This document shows, in pieces, positions 46,607-55,454 of a DNA stretch of 64,000 nucleotides (position 1 is its first letter; the number at the start of each line of letters is the position of its first letter). This DNA is from a virus (lineage: Duplodnaviria > Caudoviricetes): the IMG/VR virus record IMGVR_UViG_3300013121_000038, positions 1-64,000 of that record, one strand, 5' to 3'. The notes beneath the pieces were generated by a model. That model saw nothing but the letters and a program-made list of their open reading frames with translations. It did not search any database and was not told where the DNA came from. A program made the translations under genes and the position numbers.

Positions 46607-47233
46607 GTGGACGACCTCACCTTCTATCAGGCGCTGCGCGGTCCAAGGGCCGAAGGCGGCGAGGCATGTCTGCGCTCCCTCATGAAGAAGACTGCCCAGA
46701 CAACGCCGGTCAAGAAGCCGATCTCCGTCCAGGACACTCATGCCATATCCAACGACATCCAGGCTCGGATGGCGGAGGTCGTGAAGAGGCTGAAGGCGAT
46801 CAAAGCCGGCAAGATCAAGAAGGGCTCGGCCGAGGAAGCGAAGAAGCAGGTCCTCGACCGACTCAAGGCTCATGCTCCTGAGCTCATCGGCGGCGGTGTC
46901 GGAACCGTGGCGGGTGGTCTGTACGGTTATCTTGCGTCCCGCCGCAAGGATCCGAAGAAGCCGTCGGCCATGGAAGAGGACGCCGCCAAGATGCTGCGGG
47001 CGTACGAACGTGCCGAGCAGGAGATGAAGGAAGAGGGCAAGAAGCCAGGCTTCCCGCACAAGATGCGTGGTGTCTACGCCCGTGCCTTCGCCGACGCCTC
47101 GAAGGTGATGAAGGAGCATCCAGTCGCCACCGGCGCGATGTATGGCGGCGCCGCTGGTTCGGCCGGGGCAGGGCTCGGTCGTATCGCCTACGACCTCTAC
47201 AACAGCAGAATCGGAAAGGGCCTCGACGTATGA
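46607..47233 (+). CDS. Gly-zipper protein
   Basis: GTG start at 46607; LIGGGVGTVAGGLYG and GAMYGGAAGSAGAGLG. Confidence 0.65.
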   Translation: MDDLTFYQALRGPRAEGGEACLRSLMKKTAQTTPVKKPISVQDTHAISNDIQARMAEVVKRLKAIKAGKIKKGSAEEAKKQVLDRLKAHAPELIGGGVGTVAGGLYGYLASRRKDPKKPSAMEEDAAKMLRAYERAEQEMKEEGKKPGFPHKMRGVYARAFADASKVMKEHPVATGAMYGGAAGSAGAGLGRIAYDLYNSRIGKGLDV

Positions 47234-48477
47234 ACCACGAAGCTCAACTCGCCAAGACCCTCGGAGACGACGAGCAGGAGAAGCTCGCGTCCCACTTTGC
47301 TTCCTACACCGTCGACGAGCTCGCGTCTCTCCTGAAGGAGAAGACTGCGCTCGCTCCGATGCCTGCTCCTGCGGCGACCCAGGGCGATCTCATGCGTGAG
47401 CGCACCAAGGGCGGGCGGATGATCAACACGCTGAAGAATACCTTCAAGCCGCCAGTGCTGGCGTCGGTGAAGATCGCCGACGAATGGGGCCGGCAGCTAG
47501 CGAACGAGGACATCGAGAAGAACGCCTTCATGGATCAGGCGCTCGGCCTCGCCGTCGGTCATCACTATGGCAAGGAGCAGAAGAAGCGTGGCGAGAACTA
47601 CAGCTTCGGAGTTCCGCAGGGCGCCGCTGCTCTCTTCCTGCCTGGGGGAGCCGGCTACCAGATCGGCCGCTACATCGGCCACAACGACAAGAGCGTGAAG
47701 AAGGGCAAGAAGAAGAAGGCCAGCGCCCAGCTCGTCTACGAAGCGCTCATGGAGAAGATCTCTACCGGCGCCGTCGGCAACCTCGGCGGCCAGATGCCGA
47801 GCCTCACACCGAAGATGCCGACTGCTCCCAAGGTCGGCGCCGGCAACATGATGCCGCGAATCGGAACGGTCGGAGGTGGCGGGCTCGGCAAGACCGTGAC
47901 GGGCGCGGCCAGGCTGCGCGCGGAAATGGACAAGGTGGCCTTCTGGGGCTCCGGCACCATCGCCAAGGGCATCAACTGGGCCGCCCCTCATCTCGCCAAG
48001 GCCACCAGCGCCCTCGCGTCGGCTGGGCCAGGCAAGTCCGCTCTCATCGGCGCCGGCGTGGGTGCTGCCGGCGGTGCCGCGCGGCACGCGCTGTCGGGCA
48101 GAGACCCCCAGACGGGGCAGAAGCGCACCACCCTGCTAGGTTCCATGGCCGGCGGCGCCGCTCTCGGTGGCGCGGCTGGCGCTGGTCTCAGTGCAGGAGC
48201 CAGCCGCTTCCAGGGCTCTGCGCTGCATGGGCGCATGACCAGCGGCAACTTCAAGTTCAACACCCAGCCTCCGGCTGCGGCCGCAGGAGCAGCCGGCGCC
48301 GCCGGGCCGACGCCTGTCGCGCAGCCGGCGCCAGTCGGTCCAGGCGGACTGCGTCCGAATCCAGAAGGCGCTCCGGCACACTGGCGAAACGCTCCGCCTC
48401 CGCCGGCTGCTGGTCCTCAGGCAGCCGGTCCACAGCCAACGCCAGTGAAGAAGGGCTGGTTCGGGCTCGGCAGGTAG
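47230..48477 (+). CDS. Modular Gly-zipper polyprotein
   Basis: 415 aa; EKLAS, EKTA, VKIA, EKNA, KKAS, EKIS and DKVA separate distinct modules. Confidence 0.75.
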   Translation: MNHEAQLAKTLGDDEQEKLASHFASYTVDELASLLKEKTALAPMPAPAATQGDLMRERTKGGRMINTLKNTFKPPVLASVKIADEWGRQLANEDIEKNAFMDQALGLAVGHHYGKEQKKRGENYSFGVPQGAAALFLPGGAGYQIGRYIGHNDKSVKKGKKKKASAQLVYEALMEKISTGAVGNLGGQMPSLTPKMPTAPKVGAGNMMPRIGTVGGGGLGKTVTGAARLRAEMDKVAFWGSGTIAKGINWAAPHLAKATSALASAGPGKSALIGAGVGAAGGAARHALSGRDPQTGQKRTTLLGSMAGGAALGGAAGAGLSAGASRFQGSALHGRMTSGNFKFNTQPPAAAAGAAGAAGPTPVAQPAPVGPGGLRPNPEGAPAHWRNAPPPPAAGPQAAGPQPTPVKKGWFGLGR

Positions 48478-48480
48478 TCG

Positions 48481-49392
48481 ATGATCCCTCTCGTCACCAA
48501 GCTGTGGGTTCGGTCCTTCAACATGGACCACATGGACGTGTTCTGGGAGATCGGCCCGGTGCCGGCGACCAGCGACACGGCTCCCCACACCATCTTCGAC
48601 TGCGAGTTCACCGTCCTCCGTTCGCAGGCGGCGCTTGGTCCGTACGAGGCGATCAGCTTGCCGTTGATGGACCAGTACCACTTCCGCGACGTGAAGATCT
48701 CCCGTCTCCACAAGTGGCGGCAGTGGTTCTACAAGCTGAAGGTCACCAACAAGAAGACAGGCGAGGAGAAGGAGTACGGGCCATGCTCCGACGTCGAGCC
48801 GGAGCCGGACCTCATCGCCGCAGAGATCATCCGGCAAGAGGACATGCTCTTCCGGAAGTTCGTGGGTCGACGCTGCTGGCTCCTACCTGTGCGCACCTTC
48901 GGCCCTCGCTGTTCCTGCTTCGACACTACGCTGCAACGGGTCACACGCTCTGCGCATCTGCCGTGCTTCGGCACCGGATGGCTCGGCGGGTACATGCGCC
49001 CTGTAGAGGTCTTCGTCCAGTTCGACCCGAACCCGAAGCGCACAGTGCTTCAGGCCACAGGCGAGATGCAGCCGACGAATGCCTCCGCCAGGATGTCTTC
49101 CTTCCCACCCACCAGCCCGCGTGACATCATCATCGAGTCGGAAAACCGTCGCTGGCGTGTGGTGAATGTCTCACAAACTCAACGGCTTAGGGCGGCCGTA
49201 CACCAGGAGCTCACTCTCCACGAAGTTCCCAAGACAGACGTCGAGTACTCCATCCCTCTCGACGTCGACGCGCGCTCGGTGACTCCGTCCGACGAGGGGA
49301 ACTTCACGAACGCGCAGAACATCGAGAAGCATGGCGACGACTCCGACATTCTCTCGTTCTGGACTGGCAAGGCACGCGGCACTCTTCGATGA
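48481..49392 (+). CDS. Probable neck/head-completion protein
   Basis: 303 aa; RCSC...PCFGTGWLGGY; positional inference. Confidence 0.55.
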   Translation: MIPLVTKLWVRSFNMDHMDVFWEIGPVPATSDTAPHTIFDCEFTVLRSQAALGPYEAISLPLMDQYHFRDVKISRLHKWRQWFYKLKVTNKKTGEEKEYGPCSDVEPEPDLIAAEIIRQEDMLFRKFVGRRCWLLPVRTFGPRCSCFDTTLQRVTRSAHLPCFGTGWLGGYMRPVEVFVQFDPNPKRTVLQATGEMQPTNASARMSSFPPTSPRDIIIESENRRWRVVNVSQTQRLRAAVHQELTLHEVPKTDVEYSIPLDVDARSVTPSDEGNFTNAQNIEKHGDDSDILSFWTGKARGTLR

Positions 49393-49702
49393 GATCGAGA
49401 AGATCTCCGAAGAGGCGCACGTGATGCAGCCGGCTCCAGTTGCGCCCAAGAAGAAGCCGAACTGGAAGAACGTCCTCAAGGCTGGTGCCGGCTACGCACT
49501 CGGTGGCGCGGCCGGCTACGTCGGCGGCATGGCAGCAGAGCGCGGGCTCGCGCACGTCTTCAGGAACAAGTGGCCGTCGATGACGCCTGAGCAACGGTAC
49601 AAGGTGCTCTATCCGGCTCTCGGCGCCGCGACCGTCGGCCTCATGGCAGTGAACCACGCCTCCCAGATTCGCCGTCAGCAGGCTCTGGAGGGAGATGAGT
49701 GA
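49331..49702 (+). CDS. Tagged (LFDEIEKIS) Gly-zipper protein
   Basis: 123 aa; GAGYALGGAAGYVGG and ALGAATVGLMAV. Confidence 0.7.
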   Translation: MATTPTFSRSGLARHAALFDEIEKISEEAHVMQPAPVAPKKKPNWKNVLKAGAGYALGGAAGYVGGMAAERGLAHVFRNKWPSMTPEQRYKVLYPALGAATVGLMAVNHASQIRRQQALEGDE

Positions 49703-50426
49703 CGCCAAGATCAGCTCCGGCGTTCCTCAGCCTCAGGGCGTGGGAGAAGATCCTCTCTTCCACTACACCAAGCTCTTCGTCCGCTTCCTCCAGGTGGTCT
49801 TCTCGACGTTCGAGAAGGGCGCCTACCGCTGGCTGCCGGATCTGGAGCTGACGGACATCGTCATCTCCGACCAAGGCGTGCTCGGCAACCCGGTCGTCGA
49901 GAAGCGTCCTTCCATCGTATGCATGAGAGGTCATGCGTCTTGGTCGAACGTCTCGATGGACCAGTTCAAGAGCTTCAACTTCCAGAATGGGACGAGAACG
50001 CACACCGACCTCATCGCCAGCTCCATGCTCTACCAGTGCATGGCCAAGGAGGGTCTGGAGGCTCAGCGCCTCGCTTGGATCGCTTCGTACGCAACGCGAG
50101 TGCTGAAGCGCAACCTGATGCGCGCAGGTCTTCACCGGGTGGGAGAGAACGTGGAGATGGGCCCGGAGTCGGATGCAAGCTCACTCCTCGAAGACGCTGG
50201 CAAGGAGATTTCGCTCGTCCCTGTCTCGGTCCCGTTCTTCTTCCAGGACACCTATGGCATCGGGCCGGTAGACAATCTCCTTCTCAAAGACCTCAACCTG
50301 AGACTAACTTCTGAGATCAACAGCCTGGCGGAGCGACAGGTCGGACTTCGGCCACCAGCCATCGGCGGAAGAGTTCTTGATTCCTACAAGGTGATCTCGA
50401 TCACGCAGAGGGTGCCGAAGAAGTAG
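49695..50426 (+). CDS. Probable tail completion/terminator protein
   Basis: 243 aa, just upstream of the sheath; positional inference. Confidence 0.5.
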   Translation: MSDAKISSGVPQPQGVGEDPLFHYTKLFVRFLQVVFSTFEKGAYRWLPDLELTDIVISDQGVLGNPVVEKRPSIVCMRGHASWSNVSMDQFKSFNFQNGTRTHTDLIASSMLYQCMAKEGLEAQRLAWIASYATRVLKRNLMRAGLHRVGENVEMGPESDASSLLEDAGKEISLVPVSVPFFFQDTYGIGPVDNLLLKDLNLRLTSEINSLAERQVGLRPPAIGGRVLDSYKVISITQRVPKK

Positions 50427-50458
50427 CTCCCTCAGAAGCAAGTTGAAAGGGGCACAAG

Positions 50459-53400
50459 ATGGCCAACGCTGCTGCGGAGCTTGCTCAGCCAGGCGTGAAG
50501 GTTCTCCAGTCGATCAGGAAGACGTCGCCGACCTTCCTGCGGCCGACGCTCGCTCCAGTCGTGGTCGGTCCTGCCTTCGAGATCATCGAGGCGCTGACCG
50601 CCGACGGCACGCTGAACGCGAAGGCCAAGTACGGCGCCTACGCTCAGCTCGGGAAGACGATCTCGCAGTCGTCCTTCCCGGACCCGCGCGGCAACGTGGA
50701 CGAGCTGGACGTGCTGGAGGAGACCATCAAGGCCTACCTCTTCACGGCTGGCCGGCTCACCGAGCTGCCGATGTCGCCTGGCGACTCGTTCCTGCTCGCA
50801 TCGCACAAGGCGTCGACGGCGGTCTTCAAGGTCACCGGCAACAACTTCGCCGTCCAGGGCAAGAACATCATCCTGGCGGTGGACCAGCCTGTCGCTGCTG
50901 ACACCACCGAGGACGTCACCGTCGCCTTCACCGGCGGCAGCCCGTACACCGCTGCCGAGGTGGTGGCTGCCATCAACACCGCCTTCGGCTTCGAGCTGGC
51001 GGTGGTCACGAAGGACGGTGCCGGAGCCGTGACCGGCTTCGAGCTCATCTCCCCGACCACCGGCGCGCTCAGCTCCCTCACCGTGCGCGGCGGCGGCACG
51101 GCCAACGAGGATCTCGGTCTCGGCTTCGCCGCCGCCGTGAAGGTGCAGGAGCGCATCGAGGCTTCCGGCTTCCGCGCCTTCGACCTCTCGAACAACGCTA
51201 CCGTCTCCACCTGGGTGGAGTTCGCCCGTGGCGAGTACTGGACCGGGGCCGTCGCGTCCGGCGCCAGCGCCTGGCCAGCCAAGGCCGCGCGCCGTCCTCT
51301 CACCGGCGCTGACGTCGCCGGGCGAGACGTGCAGGTGCAGTTCGGCACCGGCGCGGGCCAGATCCCAGTGGTCCCAGGCGACCAGATCGTCGCCGACGGC
51401 ATCGTGGTGAAGAACGGCGAGATCGCCCGAGTCGAGTCCGAGAAGATCAAGATCGGCACCGTGAACACGCTGCTGTCTTCGGTCGACTCCGACGGCAACT
51501 ACACCAACAAGGTGTACGACGACGTGGCGCTCGGGCTGCTCCTCGATCCCAACTCTCCCTTCTCGCCGAAGTACGTCTGGTTCAAGGCGAACGGGCTCTC
51601 GCCGAACGCGGCTGCCACGGCAGCGAAGATGGTCGGCACAGCCACCGCGCAGGCCGCCACGAAGCCGACGGTCACCGGCCAGGCAGATGCGACGCCGGAC
51701 GTCTTCCAGGGCCTGGGCTTCGACTACACGCTGACCAGCGGCGGCGTGACCGAGACCAAGCACCTGACCTTCGCCCAGGCGGACGCCTTCGCGACCGTCC
51801 AGGAGATCGCGGACTACATCAACGCGAACACCAACGACATCGCCGTCACCCTCTCCGGCAACAAGCTGGTCTTCGAGGGCCCGGACGCCGGCGCTGACAA
51901 GAGCATCGGCATCCTCGACTCCGGCAGCGCCAACACCGGCCTCGGCATCACCGCCGCGCTCTCGGACACCGGCACCGATCCGGAGTTCGCCAACCTCCCG
52001 AGCACGACGCTGAAGTTCTCCTTCGACGACAGCGACCACGTCTACGACGTCTCGTTCACCGACAAGAGCCTCACGCAGGCCATCGACCGCATCAACTCGC
52101 TGGTGGGCGTCACGGTGGCCTCCAACGTCGGCGACCAGCTCGTCCTCACGTCGCAGCTCAGCGGCGTGGCGTCTCGCGTGAAGGTCGTCGAGGGCTCGGC
52201 CATGACCGAGCTCGGCTTCACCGCCGGCCAGACCTCGGACGACGCTGGCGGGACCAAGGGCACCGGCCGTCCGAGCCCGAACGCCTACCTCGACGGCGCC
52301 AACAACCTGGTGATCGGGCCACAGCTCGTCCGGGACCCGGTCACCGGCGCGCCGCTCGACTTCATGACGAGCTCGGCCAGCCTCTACATCCAGTACAAGG
52401 GCCTGCGCCGGGACGTCTCCCCAGCGGCCAAGGTCGCGGGAGTACTGCGCCTTCCAGGCGTGGACACCCTCTCGCAGGTCCTCGACCCAGTCGACGCGCG
52501 CAACCCGCTGGCGCTCGGCATGTACCTGGCGATGCTCAACGCCCCCAACTTCGAGGTGAAGGGTCTGGGCGTCGACGAGGTGAGCGCCGCTGCTCCAGAG
52601 GGCACGGAGCTGGCCTACGCTCGCGCGGCCGCCATGCTGGAGGCCGAAGAGGTCTACGCCATCGCCCCGCTCAGCCAGAACGAGGTGGTCCACCAGACCT
52701 TCATCACCCACGCCACGGTGATGTCCGAGCCCGAGCAGGCCGGCGAGCGCATCGTCTTCTTCAACAAGAAGACCCCGACCACCCAGTCGCCGACGGCGGC
52801 TGCCAACGGCGTGGGCGCGAAGGCGACGGCGACGGCGAACCAGCTCATCCTCGACGTCACTCCTCAGCAGGGCCTGGTGGATGCTGGCGTGAACCCTGCG
52901 CTGCCTCTCTCGGCCGCCACTGGCGTCTACATCGAGTTCAACTGGAAGGGCGTCTTCTACCGCTACAACGTGTCGAGCGTGAACGGCGGTCGTGCCGATC
53001 TTCGCGTCTCGTTCGGCGCCGGCGAGAACGACGACTTCTTCTACTCGACCGTCACCATGCCCACCGACGTGCTCGACGCCGCGTGGTCCATGAAGGTGCG
53101 CGGCGCCTCGGTCGTCATCCCAGGCTCCAACCCTCCCAAGACCGACTACTCCCTCGTCGCCGACACGGTGTCCGAGGCCAACGGTGGCGTGGGCAACCGG
53201 CGCGCCTTCTCGGTCTTCCCCGACACGGTCAAGACCACGCTGGCCGGCATCGAGGTCGAGATCCCTGGCTACTACGCCTGCGCGGCTGCCGCCGGCATGG
53301 TGGCTGGCCTGCCTCCGCAGCAGGGCTTCACCAACTACCCCATCACCGGCCTCACGGGCGTCTCCGGCACCGAGAAGTTCACCCGGAAGCAGCTCAACAA

Positions 53401-53782
53401 GATGGCCGGTGGCGGCACCTACATCCTCATGCAGGAGGTGCAGGGTGGTCCGGTCTTCAGCCGGCACCAGCTCTCCACCGACGTGAGCCAGGTCGAGGTC
53501 CGAGAGCTCTCGGTCACCAAGGTGGTGGACTTCGTCGCGAAGTTCCTCCGCGCCGGCCTCCGCCGCTTCATCGGCCGCCAGAACATCAACGCCGTCTTCC
53601 TCGACTCGGTCGGTACCACGATCCAGGGCATGCTCCAGTTCCTCACCGAGAACGGCATCATCAACGGGGCCAACCTCAACAACATCATCCAGGACCCGAG
53701 TGCGCCTGACACCGTCATGGTCGACGTGACCCTCGACGTGCCGTTCCCCTGCAACTACATCCGCCTGACCCTCGTGGTCTGA
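50459..53782 (+). CDS. Contractile tail sheath protein (with insertions)
   Basis: N-terminal QPGVKV...VVVGPAF; C-terminal RHQLSTD...RELSVTKVVDFVAKFLR...FIGR.NI...PFPCNYIRLTLVV. Confidence 0.88.
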   Translation: MANAAAELAQPGVKVLQSIRKTSPTFLRPTLAPVVVGPAFEIIEALTADGTLNAKAKYGAYAQLGKTISQSSFPDPRGNVDELDVLEETIKAYLFTAGRLTELPMSPGDSFLLASHKASTAVFKVTGNNFAVQGKNIILAVDQPVAADTTEDVTVAFTGGSPYTAAEVVAAINTAFGFELAVVTKDGAGAVTGFELISPTTGALSSLTVRGGGTANEDLGLGFAAAVKVQERIEASGFRAFDLSNNATVSTWVEFARGEYWTGAVASGASAWPAKAARRPLTGADVAGRDVQVQFGTGAGQIPVVPGDQIVADGIVVKNGEIARVESEKIKIGTVNTLLSSVDSDGNYTNKVYDDVALGLLLDPNSPFSPKYVWFKANGLSPNAAATAAKMVGTATAQAATKPTVTGQADATPDVFQGLGFDYTLTSGGVTETKHLTFAQADAFATVQEIADYINANTNDIAVTLSGNKLVFEGPDAGADKSIGILDSGSANTGLGITAALSDTGTDPEFANLPSTTLKFSFDDSDHVYDVSFTDKSLTQAIDRINSLVGVTVASNVGDQLVLTSQLSGVASRVKVVEGSAMTELGFTAGQTSDDAGGTKGTGRPSPNAYLDGANNLVIGPQLVRDPVTGAPLDFMTSSASLYIQYKGLRRDVSPAAKVAGVLRLPGVDTLSQVLDPVDARNPLALGMYLAMLNAPNFEVKGLGVDEVSAAAPEGTELAYARAAAMLEAEEVYAIAPLSQNEVVHQTFITHATVMSEPEQAGERIVFFNKKTPTTQSPTAAANGVGAKATATANQLILDVTPQQGLVDAGVNPALPLSAATGVYIEFNWKGVFYRYNVSSVNGGRADLRVSFGAGENDDFFYSTVTMPTDVLDAAWSMKVRGASVVIPGSNPPKTDYSLVADTVSEANGGVGNRRAFSVFPDTVKTTLAGIEVEIPGYYACAAAAGMVAGLPPQQGFTNYPITGLTGVSGTEKFTRKQLNKMAGGGTYILMQEVQGGPVFSRHQLSTDVSQVEVRELSVTKVVDFVAKFLRAGLRRFIGRQNINAVFLDSVGTTIQGMLQFLTENGIINGANLNNIIQDPSAPDTVMVDVTLDVPFPCNYIRLTLVV

Positions 53783-53795
53783 GAAGGAGCTGTCC

Positions 53796-54551
53796 ATGGC
53801 GCTCACGCAGCGAGCCACCATCATGATCGCGAACCTCGCCAAGCGTGGCGATTCGTTCGCGCGCAACATCCTCTTCAAGTCGACGTACAAGGACCAGATG
53901 CTGATCTCCAGCCTGGCCAAGCGCGGCGACCACCAGGCGAGACGCCACGTTCTCGGCACCAACGCTCCGGTGATGGCGAAGGCCCTCGTGAACCGGCTCG
54001 CCAAGGCCGGCGAGTGCATCGCCCAGGGCCTCAACTCCATCACCGTCGACAAGAACCCGCAGGTGATCACCTTCGCCCAGCCGGCCAACCGCACCTTCGG
54101 CAGTGCGCCGGCGGCGCTCGTCGCCAGCAGCGACTCCGGGCTGACGGTGACCTTCGCCGTGGTCAGCGGCCCAGCCACGGTCAGCGGCAACGTGCTGACC
54201 CTGACCGGCGCTGGTGACGTGGTGGTGCGCGCCTCTCAGGTGGGCGATCCCAACACGGCTGCTGCCACGCCGGTCACGCGGACCATCACCATCGACAAGG
54301 CCGATCAGGTCATCACCTTCGACGCGCCGGCCAGCGTGGAGCAGGCCGACTCCCCGGTCACCCTCGTCGCCACCTCGACGTCTGGCCTCGCGGTCGCCTT
54401 CGCTGTGCAGAGCGGCCCAGGCACCGTCGACGGGGACGAGCTCACCATCACCGCCGGCACTGGCACCATCGTGGTCCGTGCCACGCAGGCGGGCGACGAC
54501 AACTACAACGCCGCCACCCCGGTCGACGAGTCCATCGACGTCACCGGGTAA
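53796..54551 (+). CDS. Virion protein with 3x LAK[RA]G[DE] repeats and two Ig-like domains
   Basis: Two QVITF...SGL.V.FAV.SGP.TV.G..LT repeats. Confidence 0.75.
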   Translation: MALTQRATIMIANLAKRGDSFARNILFKSTYKDQMLISSLAKRGDHQARRHVLGTNAPVMAKALVNRLAKAGECIAQGLNSITVDKNPQVITFAQPANRTFGSAPAALVASSDSGLTVTFAVVSGPATVSGNVLTLTGAGDVVVRASQVGDPNTAAATPVTRTITIDKADQVITFDAPASVEQADSPVTLVATSTSGLAVAFAVQSGPGTVDGDELTITAGTGTIVVRATQAGDDNYNAATPVDESIDVTG

Positions 54552-54566
54552 GAAGGGAGCTCTTCC

Positions 54567-55286
54567 ATGGCAACGATCACGAACTGGCAGCCCTACGTGC
54601 AGAAGGTGGACAACTCGTCCGCCCTCGGCGAGGGCCGCTTCGCCTCCGGCGCGCTGACGATGATCGCGGCAGGGCCCCCAAGGCTCTCCGCTGTCGGCGG
54701 CGCCGCCGGCGCAGCGCAGTCCATCGGCAACCAGAACTGGGCCCTGCCCATCGGCATCGTCCAGAACTTCAACCTGGCCCACAACAAGAGCTTCGCTCGC
54801 TTCTGGGAGCTCGGGTCGGAGCGGAGCTACTTCATCGCGGGGCGCACGGTGGCGCAGGCCGGCTTCGGCCGCGTGCTCTACAACGGCCCCTCGATCCTCC
54901 GCATGATGTACTCGTTCTACGACGACGCGGTGGCGCCGACGCTGGTGCCCACCTTCGGCGTGGACCCAAACATCTCCAAGTCGGTGGCGAACCAGCACGA
55001 CGTGAAGATCCCGCCTGGGTTCGAGAACATCTACCTCAACCTGGCCTCGGACCTCTTCTCGCAGCCGTGCGGCCTCCTCGTCTACATGAAGGACTCCAAC
55101 GAGGAGACGCTCACCGCCTTCTACCTGGAGGAGACGTACATCCCCTCCCACTCCATCGCCACCGACGCGCAGGGCGTCGTGGTGCAGGAGCAGGTGGCTC
55201 TCCAGCCAGAGCGCGTGGTGCCCATCGCCGTGGCGCAGCTCGCTCTCATCGCCGAGAACCAGGAAGTCGCTGCTCAGCTCGGGTAG
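54567..55286 (+). CDS. Probable tail tube protein
   Basis: PIGIVQNFNL...RFWELGSERSYFIAGR; follows the sheath; strong codon bias. Confidence 0.7.
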   Translation: MATITNWQPYVQKVDNSSALGEGRFASGALTMIAAGPPRLSAVGGAAGAAQSIGNQNWALPIGIVQNFNLAHNKSFARFWELGSERSYFIAGRTVAQAGFGRVLYNGPSILRMMYSFYDDAVAPTLVPTFGVDPNISKSVANQHDVKIPPGFENIYLNLASDLFSQPCGLLVYMKDSNEETLTAFYLEETYIPSHSIATDAQGVVVQEQVALQPERVVPIAVAQLALIAENQEVAAQLG

Positions 55287-55318
55287 CTCCCGCCCGCCCA
55301 CACTGCCAGGCAGGAGCG

Positions 55319-55360
55319 CGAAGGCCGGACCTCTGGGTGAGGGCCCGGCCTTCGTCTTTC
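55319..55360 (+). terminator. Rho-independent terminator
   Basis: CGAAGGCCGG...CCGGCCTTCG followed by TCTTTC. Confidence 0.65.
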
Positions 55361-55454
55361 TCGGTGCTGTGGAACCCGTCTGGCGCTGTTTCATGAGCCA
55401 ACTGGGAGCCGTCGCAGGATCTCCCTGCGCACCATGGCGCCTGACGGAACTGGC

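Noticed and set aside
10494-49702. Gly-rich ORFs as secreted double-glycine bacteriocin/RiPP precursors
   Set aside because: No peptidase-ABC transporter or modifying enzymes are present. The tag also occurs internally and at C-termini, and the genes are interleaved with head genes, so capsid cargo fits better.
50432-54190. Very long antisense ORFs (also 171-1451, 25487-28207, 41001-43517, 60197-62116)
   Set aside because: They mirror strongly GC3-biased real genes, have V/L/D/G/R-skewed composition, and show no motifs or RBS. These are typical high-GC shadow frames.
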